Below are positions 48,596 to 59,659 of a stretch of 64,000 nucleotides of DNA, piece after piece. Location of the stretch: positions 1 to 64,000 of the forward strand of contig CAVVYZ010000016.1 of assembly GCA_963752595.1 (NCBI GenBank), read 5' to 3'. A program made the translations under genes and the position numbers. Below the pieces are notes generated by a model that did not search any database, had not been told where the DNA came from, and worked only from the letters and a program-made list of their open reading frames with translations. How positions within the stretch are numbered: the first letter of the stretch is position 1; each line of letters opens with the position of its first letter. This stretch comes from an uncultured delta proteobacterium (GTDB lineage Bacteria; Desulfobacterota; Desulfomonilia; UBA1062).

Positions 48596-48760
48596 GTGTT
48601 CGATTAAAATATCTTGAATATATCGCAGACCAGGAAAAAAAAGATCTCGACGGTGATGAGCAGGATGGTGATCCACTCCAGGTTCGATAATGCTTGTGAT
48701 ATTACCCAGACGGCCGGTATTTTATTCATAATTCTCTTTCACTCTGCCGATAAATGGAGC

Positions 48761-49114
48761 ATGGAAAAAGATCCAAGGATTGAAGCCCCTCTGAAGCAGG
48801 AACAGGATGTTCGGGCAGACTCAGACGCGCCCTTGGATCAGCCGATTTCTTCTTCCGCACTCAATGAGTACACTCTACGCTCATGTCTGCTCCGTTTCGT
48901 GGGTATTGCATTCCTCGGCATGTTCATAGACATCGTCATCTTCTGTCTTTCTGCCCTGGCAGTGTTTATGGGATACCGGTTCTCGACTATCGGGCTCTAT
49001 TATACCCTGATTGAAGTTCCGCTCATCTGCGGCATCCTCGGTATCTTCTTTTTCGAAGAGATGTTTGATGTTGCCGCCGAAGTAGCCGGAAAGATCCCCC
49101 GGTTCGGACGATAG
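48761..49114 (+). CDS. Small membrane protein
   Basis: GGAG RBS before MEKDP; two hydrophobic helices. Confidence 0.55.
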   Translation: MEKDPRIEAPLKQEQDVRADSDAPLDQPISSSALNEYTLRSCLLRFVGIAFLGMFIDIVIFCLSALAVFMGYRFSTIGLYYTLIEVPLICGILGIFFFEEMFDVAAEVAGKIPRFGR

Positions 49115-49199
49115 AGCAAAGATTCCCGCTTTTGATAATACTGCAGACAAGTTTGCCCTCCCGGAATCTCTACGCCTTCAATAAAATCCGACCGGACTT

Positions 49200-49985
49200 T
49201 TACTTCACGACAGCCGGTGATTCCCCCGCTGCATCAGATGCAGGCGCGAACAGGATCAGAGAGCCGCATCCCGAGCAGACGAGCTTGCGGCTGCCGAAGC
49301 GCGGGGAGATCTCATAGGGATGCCCGCAGGTTCTGCAGGTGATTGTCTGCCATTTTCCCGGCGTCAGCTTTGCCGCCTGGGGAGAAGTCTGCCCAAGCCC
49401 TCTGTAATCCTGAGCCTGGCTTTCCGAACGAGCCGGGGCCAAGGAGTTCATGGCGGCAGAGGCAGCCGGAACCGCCCCCATCGTCTTTGCCTCCGGCACC
49501 GGTACGGCATGTTCCCGTTTGCAGCGAGGGCATCCGATCTTATCCCCTGGATATTCGGGAGGAAGCTTTATTTTCAACCCGCACGGGCAGGTGATGAATG
49601 CAAAGTTGTTCATCGCCCGGATGATGTCTCCTGCCCTTCTCCTGCTTTCAGCCGGGGATGGTGCGGCAGCAGCCCCGGATTCATACGGCACCCTGATCTC
49701 GACCTTGCCCGGGTCTTTCAGATCAGCCGCAGGGATCAGCACCCGGCGCTTGCGGGTAACCCGGATGTAGGCCTTCATGTAATCGAGATACCCTGCACCC
49801 CGGCTCATCGCCCGAAGGACCATGATGCGCTCGGAAAGCGGCGGGTGCGTGGCGAAGACGCTGTCGTGTATGCTCTGCATGTTCGGATTGACGATGTAAA
49901 AGGGAGCGGTCACCGATTGCGAGGCTATGAGCTTTTCCGTGCTGCTCCCGATTTTTTCCAGGGCGGAAGCCGGATGCCTTCGCAC
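49200..49985 (-). pseudogene. C-terminal fragment of an M48/HtpX-like peptidase with zinc ribbons; catalytic HExxH region absent
   Basis: ASALEKI...FYIVNP...FATHPPLSERI; CPCG/CPRC and CRTC/CSGC motifs. No N-terminal part in the 130 bp before the next gene. Confidence 0.65.
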
Positions 49986-50118
49986 CGGGTGCAGTAGTCG
50001 ATCTCGATGCGGTCGAACTCAAGGGTAACGAGGATGTCACCACATTGCGGGCATTTCATAGGATGTGCTTATAGCATGGTTTTTCATGCCTCGGATAGAA
50101 GCAACATCGGGAGCATGA

Positions 50119-50769
50119 TCACTTCCCGGGCAGTCTTTCCTTGAAGCTTTCCTCAAAAGAGCTGTACTGAGCCATATGGGCCTTGGCATATTCGCGGTAG
50201 GTAGGATCCTGCGACCCGGCATACTTGACCGTCTTTTCAATGGATGCTTCGAGGCATGACAGCTGGAGCAGCTTGATATCCCGCACGAGGAGCAGCGAGA
50301 AATCCGGGATCCTGGACTGTTTCCATGTGTTTATGAGCTCTACCAGGCTGCCTTCGAGCGCCTTCAGGTCGGATATGAAAGCCTTTTTCTCTTTGCGGGT
50401 CAGGTTTTTTATTCCCGGGCCTGCTGCCTTCTCGGAAATAAAGGCAACATTAGCGGCCTGCATATCCGCGATAACCTTTTCCCTCTTCAGGAATTGAGCT
50501 GCCTCGCTGCTGAAGGCATTCATGACCGCAGTATGCCCTTTTACTTCATCCGGGGACATGTTCCGGGCTGTAATGCTTTCGATCTCATAGACATCGACGG
50601 GCGTGGCGCCTTCGGAAAGAAAGAGCTCACTACCCTCGATCCAGTAGGCTTTTGCGTATATGACCTTACCGCTGAAGTAGGTGACCGTATAATCCGCCCA
50701 TAACGGTCCGGCAGAGAAGACTGCCAGGACAAGACCTGTTATGGATATTATTGCTGCTCGCCTGAGCAT
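50119..50769 (-). CDS. Secreted hypothetical protein
   Basis: Signal peptide ending ...GPLWA-D; translationally coupled to pheT (TAATG). Confidence 0.7.
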   Translation of the reverse strand: MLRRAAIISITGLVLAVFSAGPLWADYTVTYFSGKVIYAKAYWIEGSELFLSEGATPVDVYEIESITARNMSPDEVKGHTAVMNAFSSEAAQFLKREKVIADMQAANVAFISEKAAGPGIKNLTRKEKKAFISDLKALEGSLVELINTWKQSRIPDFSLLLVRDIKLLQLSCLEASIEKTVKYAGSQDPTYREYAKAHMAQYSSFEESFKERLPGK

Positions 50770-53123
50770 TACTGCCGTAAGGTGATGCCGAGCTCTTTCT
50801 GAAGCGCACTCATGATCTTTTCCTGCAGCGGGGCCAGTATCGAATCTTCCAAGGTCCTGGTGGAGGACTGGTATGTGAGCCGTATGGTAATGCCCTTCTT
50901 ACCCTGGGGCAGCTTTTCCCCGGTATACAGGTCGACAGCCGTCACCGTGCGCAAGTCTGCGATGTGCCTGCCCTCGATCACCTTAAGGATCTCTGCGAAA
51001 GGAATCCCCTCATCGGCAACCAGTGAGAGGTCCCTCCAGGTCATGGGGAACTTCGGAATTTCCTTCAATCCCTGCCACCGGCTTCCCTGGAGGGCATCAA
51101 CGGAAAGCTCGGCCGCATATACCTCATCCGCGATATCGAGCATCTCCAGTATATCTCCATGGAGCGCCCCCATGTGTCCCACGTGCCGGGAATCAAGTAA
51201 GACGTCTGCCTGACAGCCGGGTTTGTAGAAGATACGCTCCGAAGGCCTGACCGTAATCCCCGGGAGAAGCGCCTCCACGATCCCCTTGATGTCGTAGAAA
51301 TCCACTTCGCGCGGCGTTGACGCCCAGCCGGTGTCCTCGCGCTGGCCGGAGACGGCGATACCAAGTTTCTGAGGCTCATCCGGCAGATTCCCTTTTCCCT
51401 TCGGGTAAAAGCACTTGCCGATCTCGAAGATGCCGATGTCTTTCTGCTGCAGGTTCTTGTTCCTGGCCGTGACGGTGGCGAGGCCGGGTATCAGCGAGGT
51501 GCGCATGATCTTCATTTCGTCGGAGATGGGGTTCAGGAGCTCGAGGACGCTGTCCCCGAAGAACCTCGCCCACTTGGGCGAGATGAAGGAATAATTGACC
51601 ACTTCGGTGTATCCCATGGCGCACAGGCTGGTGCGCAGGTCGTTGAAGTTCAACCGTTCGACCGGGGATACCATGGGCTTGAACGTGGGAAGTTCGGGCC
51701 GTACATTGTCCATGCCGTACACCCTGATGAATTCCTCCACGAGGTCGATCTCCCGGGTCACGTCATGGCGGAATGCAGGCACTCTGACCTTCCAACCCGA
51801 GTCGGCCTTCTCGAGGCCGAACCCGAGCCTGGTCATGATGCCTTCTATCTTTGCATCCCCGGCTTCCTCGATACCGAGGACCTTGTACAGGTATGCCTTC
51901 CTGAAATATATGGGCTTCGGCTCGAACTTAAAATAATTTACATCGATCACGCCCTTGTAGACCTTTGCATCTGCGAGAACCTGCATGAGATATGCTGCAC
52001 GGGTTGCCGCATCGGCCTGGATCGTGGGATCGATCCCGCGTTCGAAGCGGTATGACGCCTCGGTGGAGAGGCTCAATCCCTTCGATGTCCTGCGGATGCC
52101 TATGGGGTCGAAGAATGCGCTTTCGAGAGCGATCTTCGTGGTCGTCTCCTGTGTTTCGGAGTTCTCTCCTCCCATTACGCCTGCCAGGGCAACGGGCTTT
52201 TCCTTGTCGCAGATGATCAGATCGACTGCCCGCAGGCGCCGGTCGACAGAATCAAGGGTGGTGAATTCCTCACCCTCAATGGCCTTTCTCACGACGATGC
52301 CCCTGCCCGCTATCAGGGTGTAGTCGAACGCATGCAGCGGCTGTCCGTATTCGAGCATCACGTAGTTCGTAATATCGACGATGTTGTTGATGGCACGCAC
52401 GCCCGCCTGGAAAAGCCTTCTTCGCATGGAGAACGGGCTCTTCCTGATTTTCACGTCCTCGACCACCCGGGCGGCATACCGTGGGCATGAGTCCGGCGCG
52501 AGGATCTCGACGGATAGAAGACTTTCCACCGGCGTATCAGTCTCGACAAGGAGATTATTCGGAAGTTTGAGCTCTGTGCCGAACACGGCTGAAATTTCCC
52601 GGGCTATGCCTATTACTGAAAGCTCATCGCCCCGGTTCGGGGTCACGTTGATCTCGAAAACCCAGTCTTCGAGATCGAGGGCGTCGATCAGGATGTCGCC
52701 CGGCTTGAGGTCTGCTTCGATCTCCATGATGCCGGTGTGGTCGTCGGTGAGCCCCAGCTCCCTCTCGGAAACGAGAACACCGTAAGATTCCTGGCCCCTG
52801 AGCTTGACCTTCTTGACCACCATGCCCTGGCCCAGGTCGGCGCCGATGGGTGCGAAAGCGCTGATCATGTCCGGCCGGCAGTTGGGTGCGCCGCAGACGA
52901 CCTGGAGGGTCTCTGTCCCGGTGTCCACCATGCAGATTTTCAGCTTCTCTGCATCCGGGTGAGGCCTTACTTCCACGATCCGTGCCGCGATGATCTCTCG
53001 GGGAATCTTTTCATGGACGATCCCCTCCACCTCGGTGCCGCTCATGGTCAATGCCCTGGCGACTTCGAGGGCGTCCTTGTCCACGTTCACATAATCTCTG
53101 ATCCACTTATAGCCGAGCTTCAT
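50769..53123 (-). CDS. pheT: Phenylalanine--tRNA ligase beta subunit
   Basis: HPDAEKL, VVCGAPN, TPNRGD, INNIVDITNYVMLEYGQPLHAFD, RFERG, MRTSL. Confidence 0.97.
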   Translation of the reverse strand: MKLGYKWIRDYVNVDKDALEVARALTMSGTEVEGIVHEKIPREIIAARIVEVRPHPDAEKLKICMVDTGTETLQVVCGAPNCRPDMISAFAPIGADLGQGMVVKKVKLRGQESYGVLVSERELGLTDDHTGIMEIEADLKPGDILIDALDLEDWVFEINVTPNRGDELSVIGIAREISAVFGTELKLPNNLLVETDTPVESLLSVEILAPDSCPRYAARVVEDVKIRKSPFSMRRRLFQAGVRAINNIVDITNYVMLEYGQPLHAFDYTLIAGRGIVVRKAIEGEEFTTLDSVDRRLRAVDLIICDKEKPVALAGVMGGENSETQETTTKIALESAFFDPIGIRRTSKGLSLSTEASYRFERGIDPTIQADAATRAAYLMQVLADAKVYKGVIDVNYFKFEPKPIYFRKAYLYKVLGIEEAGDAKIEGIMTRLGFGLEKADSGWKVRVPAFRHDVTREIDLVEEFIRVYGMDNVRPELPTFKPMVSPVERLNFNDLRTSLCAMGYTEVVNYSFISPKWARFFGDSVLELLNPISDEMKIMRTSLIPGLATVTARNKNLQQKDIGIFEIGKCFYPKGKGNLPDEPQKLGIAVSGQREDTGWASTPREVDFYDIKGIVEALLPGITVRPSERIFYKPGCQADVLLDSRHVGHMGALHGDILEMLDIADEVYAAELSVDALQGSRWQGLKEIPKFPMTWRDLSLVADEGIPFAEILKVIEGRHIADLRTVTAVDLYTGEKLPQGKKGITIRLTYQSSTRTLEDSILAPLQEKIMSALQKELGITLRQ

Positions 53124-53134
53124 GGCTTCCCTTT

Positions 53135-54139
53135 TCAGGTAAACTGTCCGAGGAATCTCAAATCGTTGTCGAAGAACTGCCGGATATCGTCGATCCCGTA
53201 TTTGAGCATGGCTATCCTCTCGATGCCGAGGCCGAATGCAAAGCCGGTTACGGCTTCGGGATCGATGTTCACGTATTTATACACTTCCGGGTCCACCATG
53301 CCGGAGCCCAGGATCTCCAGCCATCCGGAATTCTTGCATACCCTGCATCCCTTGCCCTTGCAGATGATGCAGCCGATATCCACTTCTGCGGACGGCTCGG
53401 TGAAGGGAAAGAACGACGGCCGGAAACGCAAAGGAACGTCCTTGCCGAAAAGCCGGTGGATGAACTCGTAGAGCACGCCCTTTAAGTGTGCAAAGGTGAT
53501 GCCTTCCTCGACCCATAAACCCTCGATCTGGTGGAACATGGGCGTGTGGCTCACGTCGGAATCGCACCGGTACACCTTGCCCGGCGCGATGATCCGGACC
53601 GGCAGCCCGCTTTTTTCCATCACCCTGATCTGAACCGGCGAGGTATGCGTGCGCAGCAGGATGCCCTGCTGGAAGTAGAAGGTGTCCTGCATGTCTCTGG
53701 CAGGATGGTGCTCCGGGATATTCAGCGCCTGGAAGTTGTGGTAGTCGTCCTCCACCTCTGGCCCTGAGGCAATGGTGAATCCGAGGCTCAGGAAGATATC
53801 TTCGAGTTCCCGGATCACGGAATTGATAATATGGATTCCCCCCTTCCTGGGGGCTCTCCCGGGCAGGGTCACATCGATGCCCGGGCCTGCCGAAGCCTTT
53901 TGAAGTTCATCGGTTTTCCGTGCAAGGGCATCTTCCATGAATGTTTTCAATTCATTGGACAATGCTCCGATACGGGGCCTCTCTTCGGCGGACAATGTCC
54001 CCATCTGGCGGAGAATGGAGGTCAGAGCCCCCTTCCTCCCCAGATATTTGACCCGCATGGGCTCAATATCGTCAGGTCTCTGTATGGAATCGAGTTCTTC
54101 GCTAAAGGACTGCTTTAAGGCTTCTAGCTGGTTTTCCAT
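53135..54139 (-). CDS. pheS: Phenylalanine--tRNA ligase alpha subunit
   Basis: HPARDMQDTFY, LRTHTSPVQIR, FRPSFFPFTEPS, GFAFGLGIER. Confidence 0.98.
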   Translation of the reverse strand: MENQLEALKQSFSEELDSIQRPDDIEPMRVKYLGRKGALTSILRQMGTLSAEERPRIGALSNELKTFMEDALARKTDELQKASAGPGIDVTLPGRAPRKGGIHIINSVIRELEDIFLSLGFTIASGPEVEDDYHNFQALNIPEHHPARDMQDTFYFQQGILLRTHTSPVQIRVMEKSGLPVRIIAPGKVYRCDSDVSHTPMFHQIEGLWVEEGITFAHLKGVLYEFIHRLFGKDVPLRFRPSFFPFTEPSAEVDIGCIICKGKGCRVCKNSGWLEILGSGMVDPEVYKYVNIDPEAVTGFAFGLGIERIAMLKYGIDDIRQFFDNDLRFLGQFT

Positions 54140-54142
54140 CTA

Positions 54143-54490
54143 TTATGATTGAACGACAGCCTCGACTATATAAGAAAAGCCTTTGGGATCGGTGACCGCG
54201 ATGTCTGCAAGCACCTTCCTGTCCAGATCCACGCCCTTGGTGCTGAGCGCATGGATGAACCTGGAATAGGTGTATCCCCTCTCTCTCAGAGCAGCATTGA
54301 TACGTGCGATCCAGAGCGACCGGAACTCGCGCTTCCTCACCCGCCTGTCGCGATATGCATATGCGAGGCCCTTGTCCAAGGTCTCCAGAGCTGCCCTGAG
54401 AAGATTTCTCCTGCCGCCCACATAACCCTTGGTGAGCTTGTGCAGCTTTCTCTTCTTCCTGACTCCTATCTTACCACGTTTTACTCGCAT
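54143..54490 (-). CDS. rplT: 50S ribosomal protein L20
   Basis: MRVKRG...YAYRDRR..KREFRSLWIARINAA...DRKVLA. Confidence 0.97.
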   Translation of the reverse strand: MRVKRGKIGVRKKRKLHKLTKGYVGGRRNLLRAALETLDKGLAYAYRDRRVRKREFRSLWIARINAALRERGYTYSRFIHALSTKGVDLDRKVLADIAVTDPKGFSYIVEAVVQS

Positions 54491-54502
54491 TTCTTAAACC
54501 CC

Positions 54503-54697
54503 TTATAGATATGGCAACATCCGCTTGACACCGCCAAGGTTGGCCGAATCAACCAGAGCTGATCTTCTTAAATGGCGTTTCTGTTTCCTTGTCTTAGACG
54601 AGAGGAGATGGCTTGCAAATGCTTTGCTCCTCTTGATCTTCCCGCTGCCGGTAGCGGTAAACCTCTTTGCTGCGCTCCTGTTTGTCTTCAGTTTCAT
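54503..54697 (-). CDS. rpmI: 50S ribosomal protein L35
   Basis: [20 protein letters not shown]...HLL. Confidence 0.97.
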   Translation of the reverse strand: MKLKTNRSAAKRFTATGSGKIKRSKAFASHLLSSKTRKQKRHLRRSALVDSANLGGVKRMLPYL

Positions 54698-54714
54698 TTC
54701 TTTACTCCTCTTTT

Positions 54715-55254
54715 CTACTTCGGGGCGAGCATCATGATCATGGTACGGCCTTCAGCCTTGGGCTCGGACTCGACGGATGCGAGATCGACCAGATCGACCT
54801 TGATCCTTTCGAGCATCTCCATTCCCTTATCCATGTGTATGATCTCCCGTCCTCGGAAGCGTACAACAACCTTTACTTTATTTTTGGACTCCAAGAACCG
54901 CTGAATGTGCTTCATCTTGAACTGGTAATCGTGTTCATCGGTCTTAGGCCTGAATTTTATCTCCTTGATGACGACTACCGTCTGCTTTTTCTTTGCAGCA
55001 CTTTCCCGCTTCGCCTTCTCATACTTGAATTTGCCGTATTCCATGATGCGGCAGACAGGAGGGGTGGCCTTTGGAGCAATTTCAACGAGGTCCATTCCGA
55101 AATCCCGCGCCCTGTCAAGAGCTGCAGGCACGGTCATGATCCCCAACTGCTCTCCCTCAGGAGAAATAACCCGGACGCTGTCAGCGACAATCCCGTTATT
55201 AATCCTGATGGTATCCTTGTCTTTCCCGGTTTTTTTAAAGCCGATCTTAGCTAT
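54715..55254 (-). CDS. infC: Translation initiation factor IF-3 (probable ATA start)
   Basis: [42 protein letters not shown]; GGAGGG 4 nt before ATA at 55254. Confidence 0.96.
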   Translation of the reverse strand: MAKIGFKKTGKDKDTIRINNGIVADSVRVISPEGEQLGIMTVPAALDRARDFGMDLVEIAPKATPPVCRIMEYGKFKYEKAKRESAAKKKQTVVVIKEIKFRPKTDEHDYQFKMKHIQRFLESKNKVKVVVRFRGREIIHMDKGMEMLERIKVDLVDLASVESEPKAEGRTMIMMLAPK

Positions 55255-55321
55255 AACGCCCTCCATACTTTTAAAATTACGCGCCTTTGTAACCCACAGA
55301 TGGACCGATTGTCAATACGGA

Positions 55322-57207
55322 TTAGATCACGGGCTGTGCATCTTTCACGATTTTTATGAAATCGTCTATTCCCATGGCCTTCTGATCGCCGCTTCTCTCC
55401 CGTACGGTTATCGTACCTTCTTCCTTTTCCCGGTCTCCGATCACGACCATATACGGAACTTTCTGCAGCCGTGCTTCCCTGATCTTAAAGCCGATCTTCT
55501 CGTTTCTCGTATCGAGCTCAATGCGGACGTCGTTGGCCCTCAGTTTCGCTGCAACCTGGTCTGTATAGTCTGCCTGTGCATCGGTAATATTCATAATTAT
55601 TGCCTGAACCGGAGAAATCCATACCGGAAATGCCCCGGCAAAATGCTCGATGAGCACGCCGATGAACCGCTCGAGCGATCCGAGGATAACCCGGTGGAGC
55701 ATGACCGGCCTGTGACGCCCGCCGTCCGATCCGATGTAATGGATGTCGAAGCGTTCGGGCAGGTTGAAATCGCACTGGATCGTTGCGCACTGCCACGACC
55801 TGCCGATGGCGTCCTTGATCTTTACATCGATCTTGGGGCCGTAGAATGCGCCGTCCCCTTCATTGATATCATAGGGAAGCCCTTTTTTATCAAGGGCATC
55901 CTTGAGTGCTTTCGTGGCCTGATCCCACATCTCTTCGGAGCCCATGGACTGCTCGGGCCTGGTGCTGATTTCCATGCTGTAGGAGAACCCGAAGATCGCC
56001 ATGACCTCGGCGACCATGTCGATGATAGCGGTGATCTCGTCAATGAGCTGGTCCGGCCTGCAGAAGATGTGTGCATCGTCCTGGGTGAACTGACGGGTGC
56101 GGAGCAGCCCGTGGATGACTCCCGATTTCTCGTTCCGGGTGACGCTGCCCAGCTCGAAATACCGTAAGGGAAGGTCCCGGTAGGAACGGATCTTGGATTT
56201 ATAGATCACGATGTGGGAGAGGCAGTTCATGGGCTTGATGCCGTAGACCTGCTCGTCGAGCTCGGTGAAATACATGTTCTCTTTGTAGTTTTCCATGTGC
56301 CCCGAGATCTCCCAGAGCCTTCCCCGCAGGATGTTCGGCCCGTAGACGATATCATAGCCGCGCCTGAAGTGGAGCTTCTTCTCGAAGTCTTCGATGAGCG
56401 ACCTGAGCTTGCCGCCCTTGGGCATGTAGATGACCAGGCCCGGGCCTGCATCTTCGGAAAACATGAACAGATCGAGCTCGCGCCCGAGCTTCCGGTGGTC
56501 TCGCTTCTTCGCTTCTTCGAGGAAGTTGAGGTATTCCTTAGGGCTTTCGGGGGGCAAAGGCGGTCCCGTAGATGCGCTGAAGCATCTTGTTTTTCTCGTT
56601 CCCCGCCAGTAGGCACCGGCAACGGACAGGAGCTTGAACGCCTTGACGTATCCGGTGGACGGGACATGGGGGCCGCGGCACAGGTCTATAAAGGATCCCC
56701 TGCTCATAGACGTGACCTTGTCGATCTCTTCGCCCATATCCTGGATGATCTCGACCTTGTACGGCTCGCCCTTTTCCTTGAAAAAGGCGATCGCCTCGCT
56801 CTTTTCCATCTCTTTGCGGTAAAGGGCTCGTTCTTCCCGATCAGCTCTTCCATCGTATCCTCGATCTTTTCGAGGTCCTCGGCGGAAAAACTATCCGAGC
56901 GGTCAAAATCGTAGTAGAAGCCTTCCTCGGTTGCCGGCCCGATGGTGGGCTTGGCATCGGGGAATAGCCGTTTTACCGCCTCGGCCATGATATGGGCGGC
57001 CGAATGGCGGATGATGTGCATGCCCTCTTCGAGAGTCGGCTTCCACGGTTTCAATGGACTGTCCGCTCGCAAGGGGGGCTGGACAGATCCGCACAGATTA
57101 CCGTCTACACGCGCTGCAACGGCACGCTTGTCCCGGATGACATCCCTGATGATCGATCCTTCCGTGGTAACGCTCTTGCCGTCCACGGTAACGGTTATCT
57201 GAGGCAT
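55322..57207 (-). CDS. thrS: Threonine--tRNA ligase (frameshifts, probably assembly errors)
   Basis: [56 protein letters not shown]. Confidence 0.96.
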
Positions 57208-57225
57208 AGATTCTCCATAAAAAAA

Positions 57226-57300
57226 TGGTAGGCACGCAGGGATTTGAACCCCGGACCCCCACCGTGTCAAGGTGGTGCTCTCCCACTGAGCTACGTGCCT
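57226..57300 (-). tRNA. tRNA-Val(GAC)
   Basis: AGGCACGTAGCTCAGTGGGAGAGCACCACCTTGACACGGTGGGGGTCCGGGGTTCAAATCCCTGCGTGCCTACCA folds as a cloverleaf with encoded CCA. Confidence 0.97.
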
Positions 57301-57476
57301 GTGACTGCCTTTTCGTTATCCTGTATCTTTGCCATTTGTCAATCGGTTTTTGATGCGGCTATATCGCGCCTGTCCATTTTTATCTTGAATGATTTTCAAT
57401 GACCGGATAGCCTGACCATCTCGTATACCGATAGGTGCGATAAGAAAATATTATTTATTTAAGAAGGAAACGATTC

Positions 57477-58061
57477 ATGGATATCCCGGCACATGAGATT
57501 GCCTTTGACTTCGACGGCGTAGTGGCAGACACCTTCCGGCTGTTCGTCGAGATGGCAAAAAAGGAATATAATGTCGACATTGATTATGAAGAAATCACCG
57601 AGTACGATTTCATGCGCGTGGTGAAGATGGATTATGAGAATGTCGCGCAGATTTTCGAAAGACTCAGTATCTATCCCCATGAGCTCGACCTGAAACCGAA
57701 CTCGGGAGCAGCCGAAGTCCTTGCCCGGCTGGCGAAAACCGCGCCTCCGCTGTCCGTAGTCACTGCACGCCACATTGGAGAGCCGGTGCACCGCTGGTTC
57801 GAAAAGAACATCCCGCAGATCGGCGCAGGCTTTCTCAAGGTCAGTGCAACGGGCGAGAGCACGGCAAAGCTCAGCATCCTTAAAAGTCAGGGCATAAAAT
57901 ATTTTGTCGAAGACAGGGTCGATACCTGCCATCTCCTCGCCAAGGAAGGGATCACGCCGATTATCTACGATCAGCCCTGGAACCGCGAAGGCCACTCATA
58001 CACGGTGGTGAAAAGCTGGAACGATATCTCTGCACTGATCGACTGGGAAAGCTGCAGGTAA
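57477..58061 (+). CDS. HAD-superfamily hydrolase (5'(3')-nucleotidase-like)
   Basis: FDFDGVVAD, VVTAR, FVEDR, QPWN. Confidence 0.88.
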   Translation: MDIPAHEIAFDFDGVVADTFRLFVEMAKKEYNVDIDYEEITEYDFMRVVKMDYENVAQIFERLSIYPHELDLKPNSGAAEVLARLAKTAPPLSVVTARHIGEPVHRWFEKNIPQIGAGFLKVSATGESTAKLSILKSQGIKYFVEDRVDTCHLLAKEGITPIIYDQPWNREGHSYTVVKSWNDISALIDWESCR

Positions 58062-58095
58062 CCTTCCCCTCTTTTCAAGGAGAGGAAGAATCGTT

Positions 58096-58847
58096 TTACT
58101 CGTCTTCCTTCAGGGCCTTGCTCAAGGATTTTTCAATGTAATCGATGTGCTCGATCGTGAGCGCCTTGGCGGCGTCCGGATCTTTCCGATCGATCGCATC
58201 GATGATCTTATCAGCTGCTCGACGATCTCGTTCGAGCAGTTATCCACCCGTGAAAGCTTTTTCCTGCTGTAGGGGAACGCACCCGTGAGTACGTGTGGCA
58301 ATGCTCTCTCTGCAGGTGGACAAAGATGGTGTTCTCGGGTCGAATCCGCCAGGATGTCGAAGAAATCCGAATAGAGCCTGCCTCCTTCCTTGGAGGTAAG
58401 GACATTCTCCGACACCGATATTCCCGATCCTCTCCACGAGCTTGTTGAAACGCTTCTTCTGATCTTTGGCAGCATTCTTTGCAGCAAGATAGCAGCCTCG
58501 GAGTCGATGAGCCTCCGTACGGCGAGGAGCTCCCAGATCTTCTCATGGTCGATGGAAATCAGGTCCTCTATGGAAGACTTCACATTATCGGTCAGGGACC
58601 TGACATATTTGCCTTTCCTGTCCCTGGATTCGATATATCCTTTTGCCTCGAGCAGCTTCATGGCCTCGCGCAGCGAGATCCGGCTGATGCCGAAGAGCTC
58701 GGTCATCTCCTGCTCGGAAGGGAGCTTTTCTCCTATCTTGAGCTTTCCCTGGGAGATGAGCTCGATGATCTGGTTCATCACCAAGGTAGGAATATCCGGA
58801 GATTTTTCGATACGGGATAGTCCTGGGAATTTCGTTTTCTTTATCAT
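58096..58847 (-). CDS. GntR/FadR-family transcriptional regulator (frameshifts)
   Basis: GEKLPSEQEMTELFGISRISLREAMKLLEAKGYIE..KGKYV followed by an FCD-like region. Confidence 0.88.
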
Positions 58848-58946
58848 ACTTTCCCCCTCATCTTTGTCTACTAACATATAATATAATATATGAATACAAT
58901 ATAAGATACACATATAACATCATGGAAGACAATTAAAAAAGTGCCC

Positions 58947-59657
58947 TTAGCCGGCGTCCAGTATAGAAGCTTCGGACGGAAGTCGAGATAATCGGCCGAG
59001 ACGAATTCGAAACGGATGCCTGTCAACGGTGCGATTAAATCCTCTGTAGTCGAGAGTTCCCGAGATGCATGTGCCCGAACACCCAGATATCGCACCCGAT
59101 AGTCCCTGCCGAACTCGACTGCCTTGCTCGGCCTGCCGTCCAGGGAAATGGGCGGGAAATGGGTCATGATGATCCTTATCCTGAGGCCTGCCGGAAGGGT
59201 TCAGGGATATTTTCGAGTCTCGTCCAGCTCCCGCTCCCAGATCTTCTTGTCTTCTTCCGTGGTATTTTCGAGCTGGAGCCCGGGATCGAGCCAGAGCCTG
59301 GAACCGGCGATGCCGATGTCGCCGAATACCACGGACGAATTCTGCAGGGGCATGATCGTGGGCCGCAACGAACTGCTTCACTTTGTTCAGGCTCGACCAC
59401 CAGTAGTCGTGGTTGCCCTTGATGATGACCTTGCTGCCGGGAAGGCGTTCGAGAAAAGCAAAGTCTTCTCTCGCTTCGTCGATGCGCATGGCCCAGGAGA
59501 TATCACCGGGAACGAGGACCACGTCATCCGGATGAATGCGGTCGAGCCATGCCTTCCTGATCTTCTCCGGGTGATCCTTCCATGAGCTTCCGAACATGTC
59601 CATGGGCTTGTCCGCCTGAAAGGACAGGTGCAGATCAGAGATGGCGAATATCTTCAC
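58947..59657 (-). CDS. Metallophosphoesterase (frameshifts)
   Basis: IFAISDLHLS...KPMDMFG..W, PGDISWAM, KGNHDYWW. Confidence 0.85.
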   Translation of the reverse strand: MKIFAISDLHLSFQADKPMDMFGSSWKDHPEKIRKAWLDRIHPDDVVLVPGDISWAMRIDEAREDFAFLERLPGSKVIIKGNHDYWWSSLNKVKQFVAAHDHAPAEFVRGIRRHRHRRFQALARSRAPARKYHGRRQEDLGAGAGRDSKISLNPSGRPQDKDHHDPFPAHFPGRQAEQGSRVRQGLSGAISGCSGTCISGTLDYRGFNRTVDRHPFRIRLGRLSRLPSEASILDAG

Positions 59658-59659
59658 GT

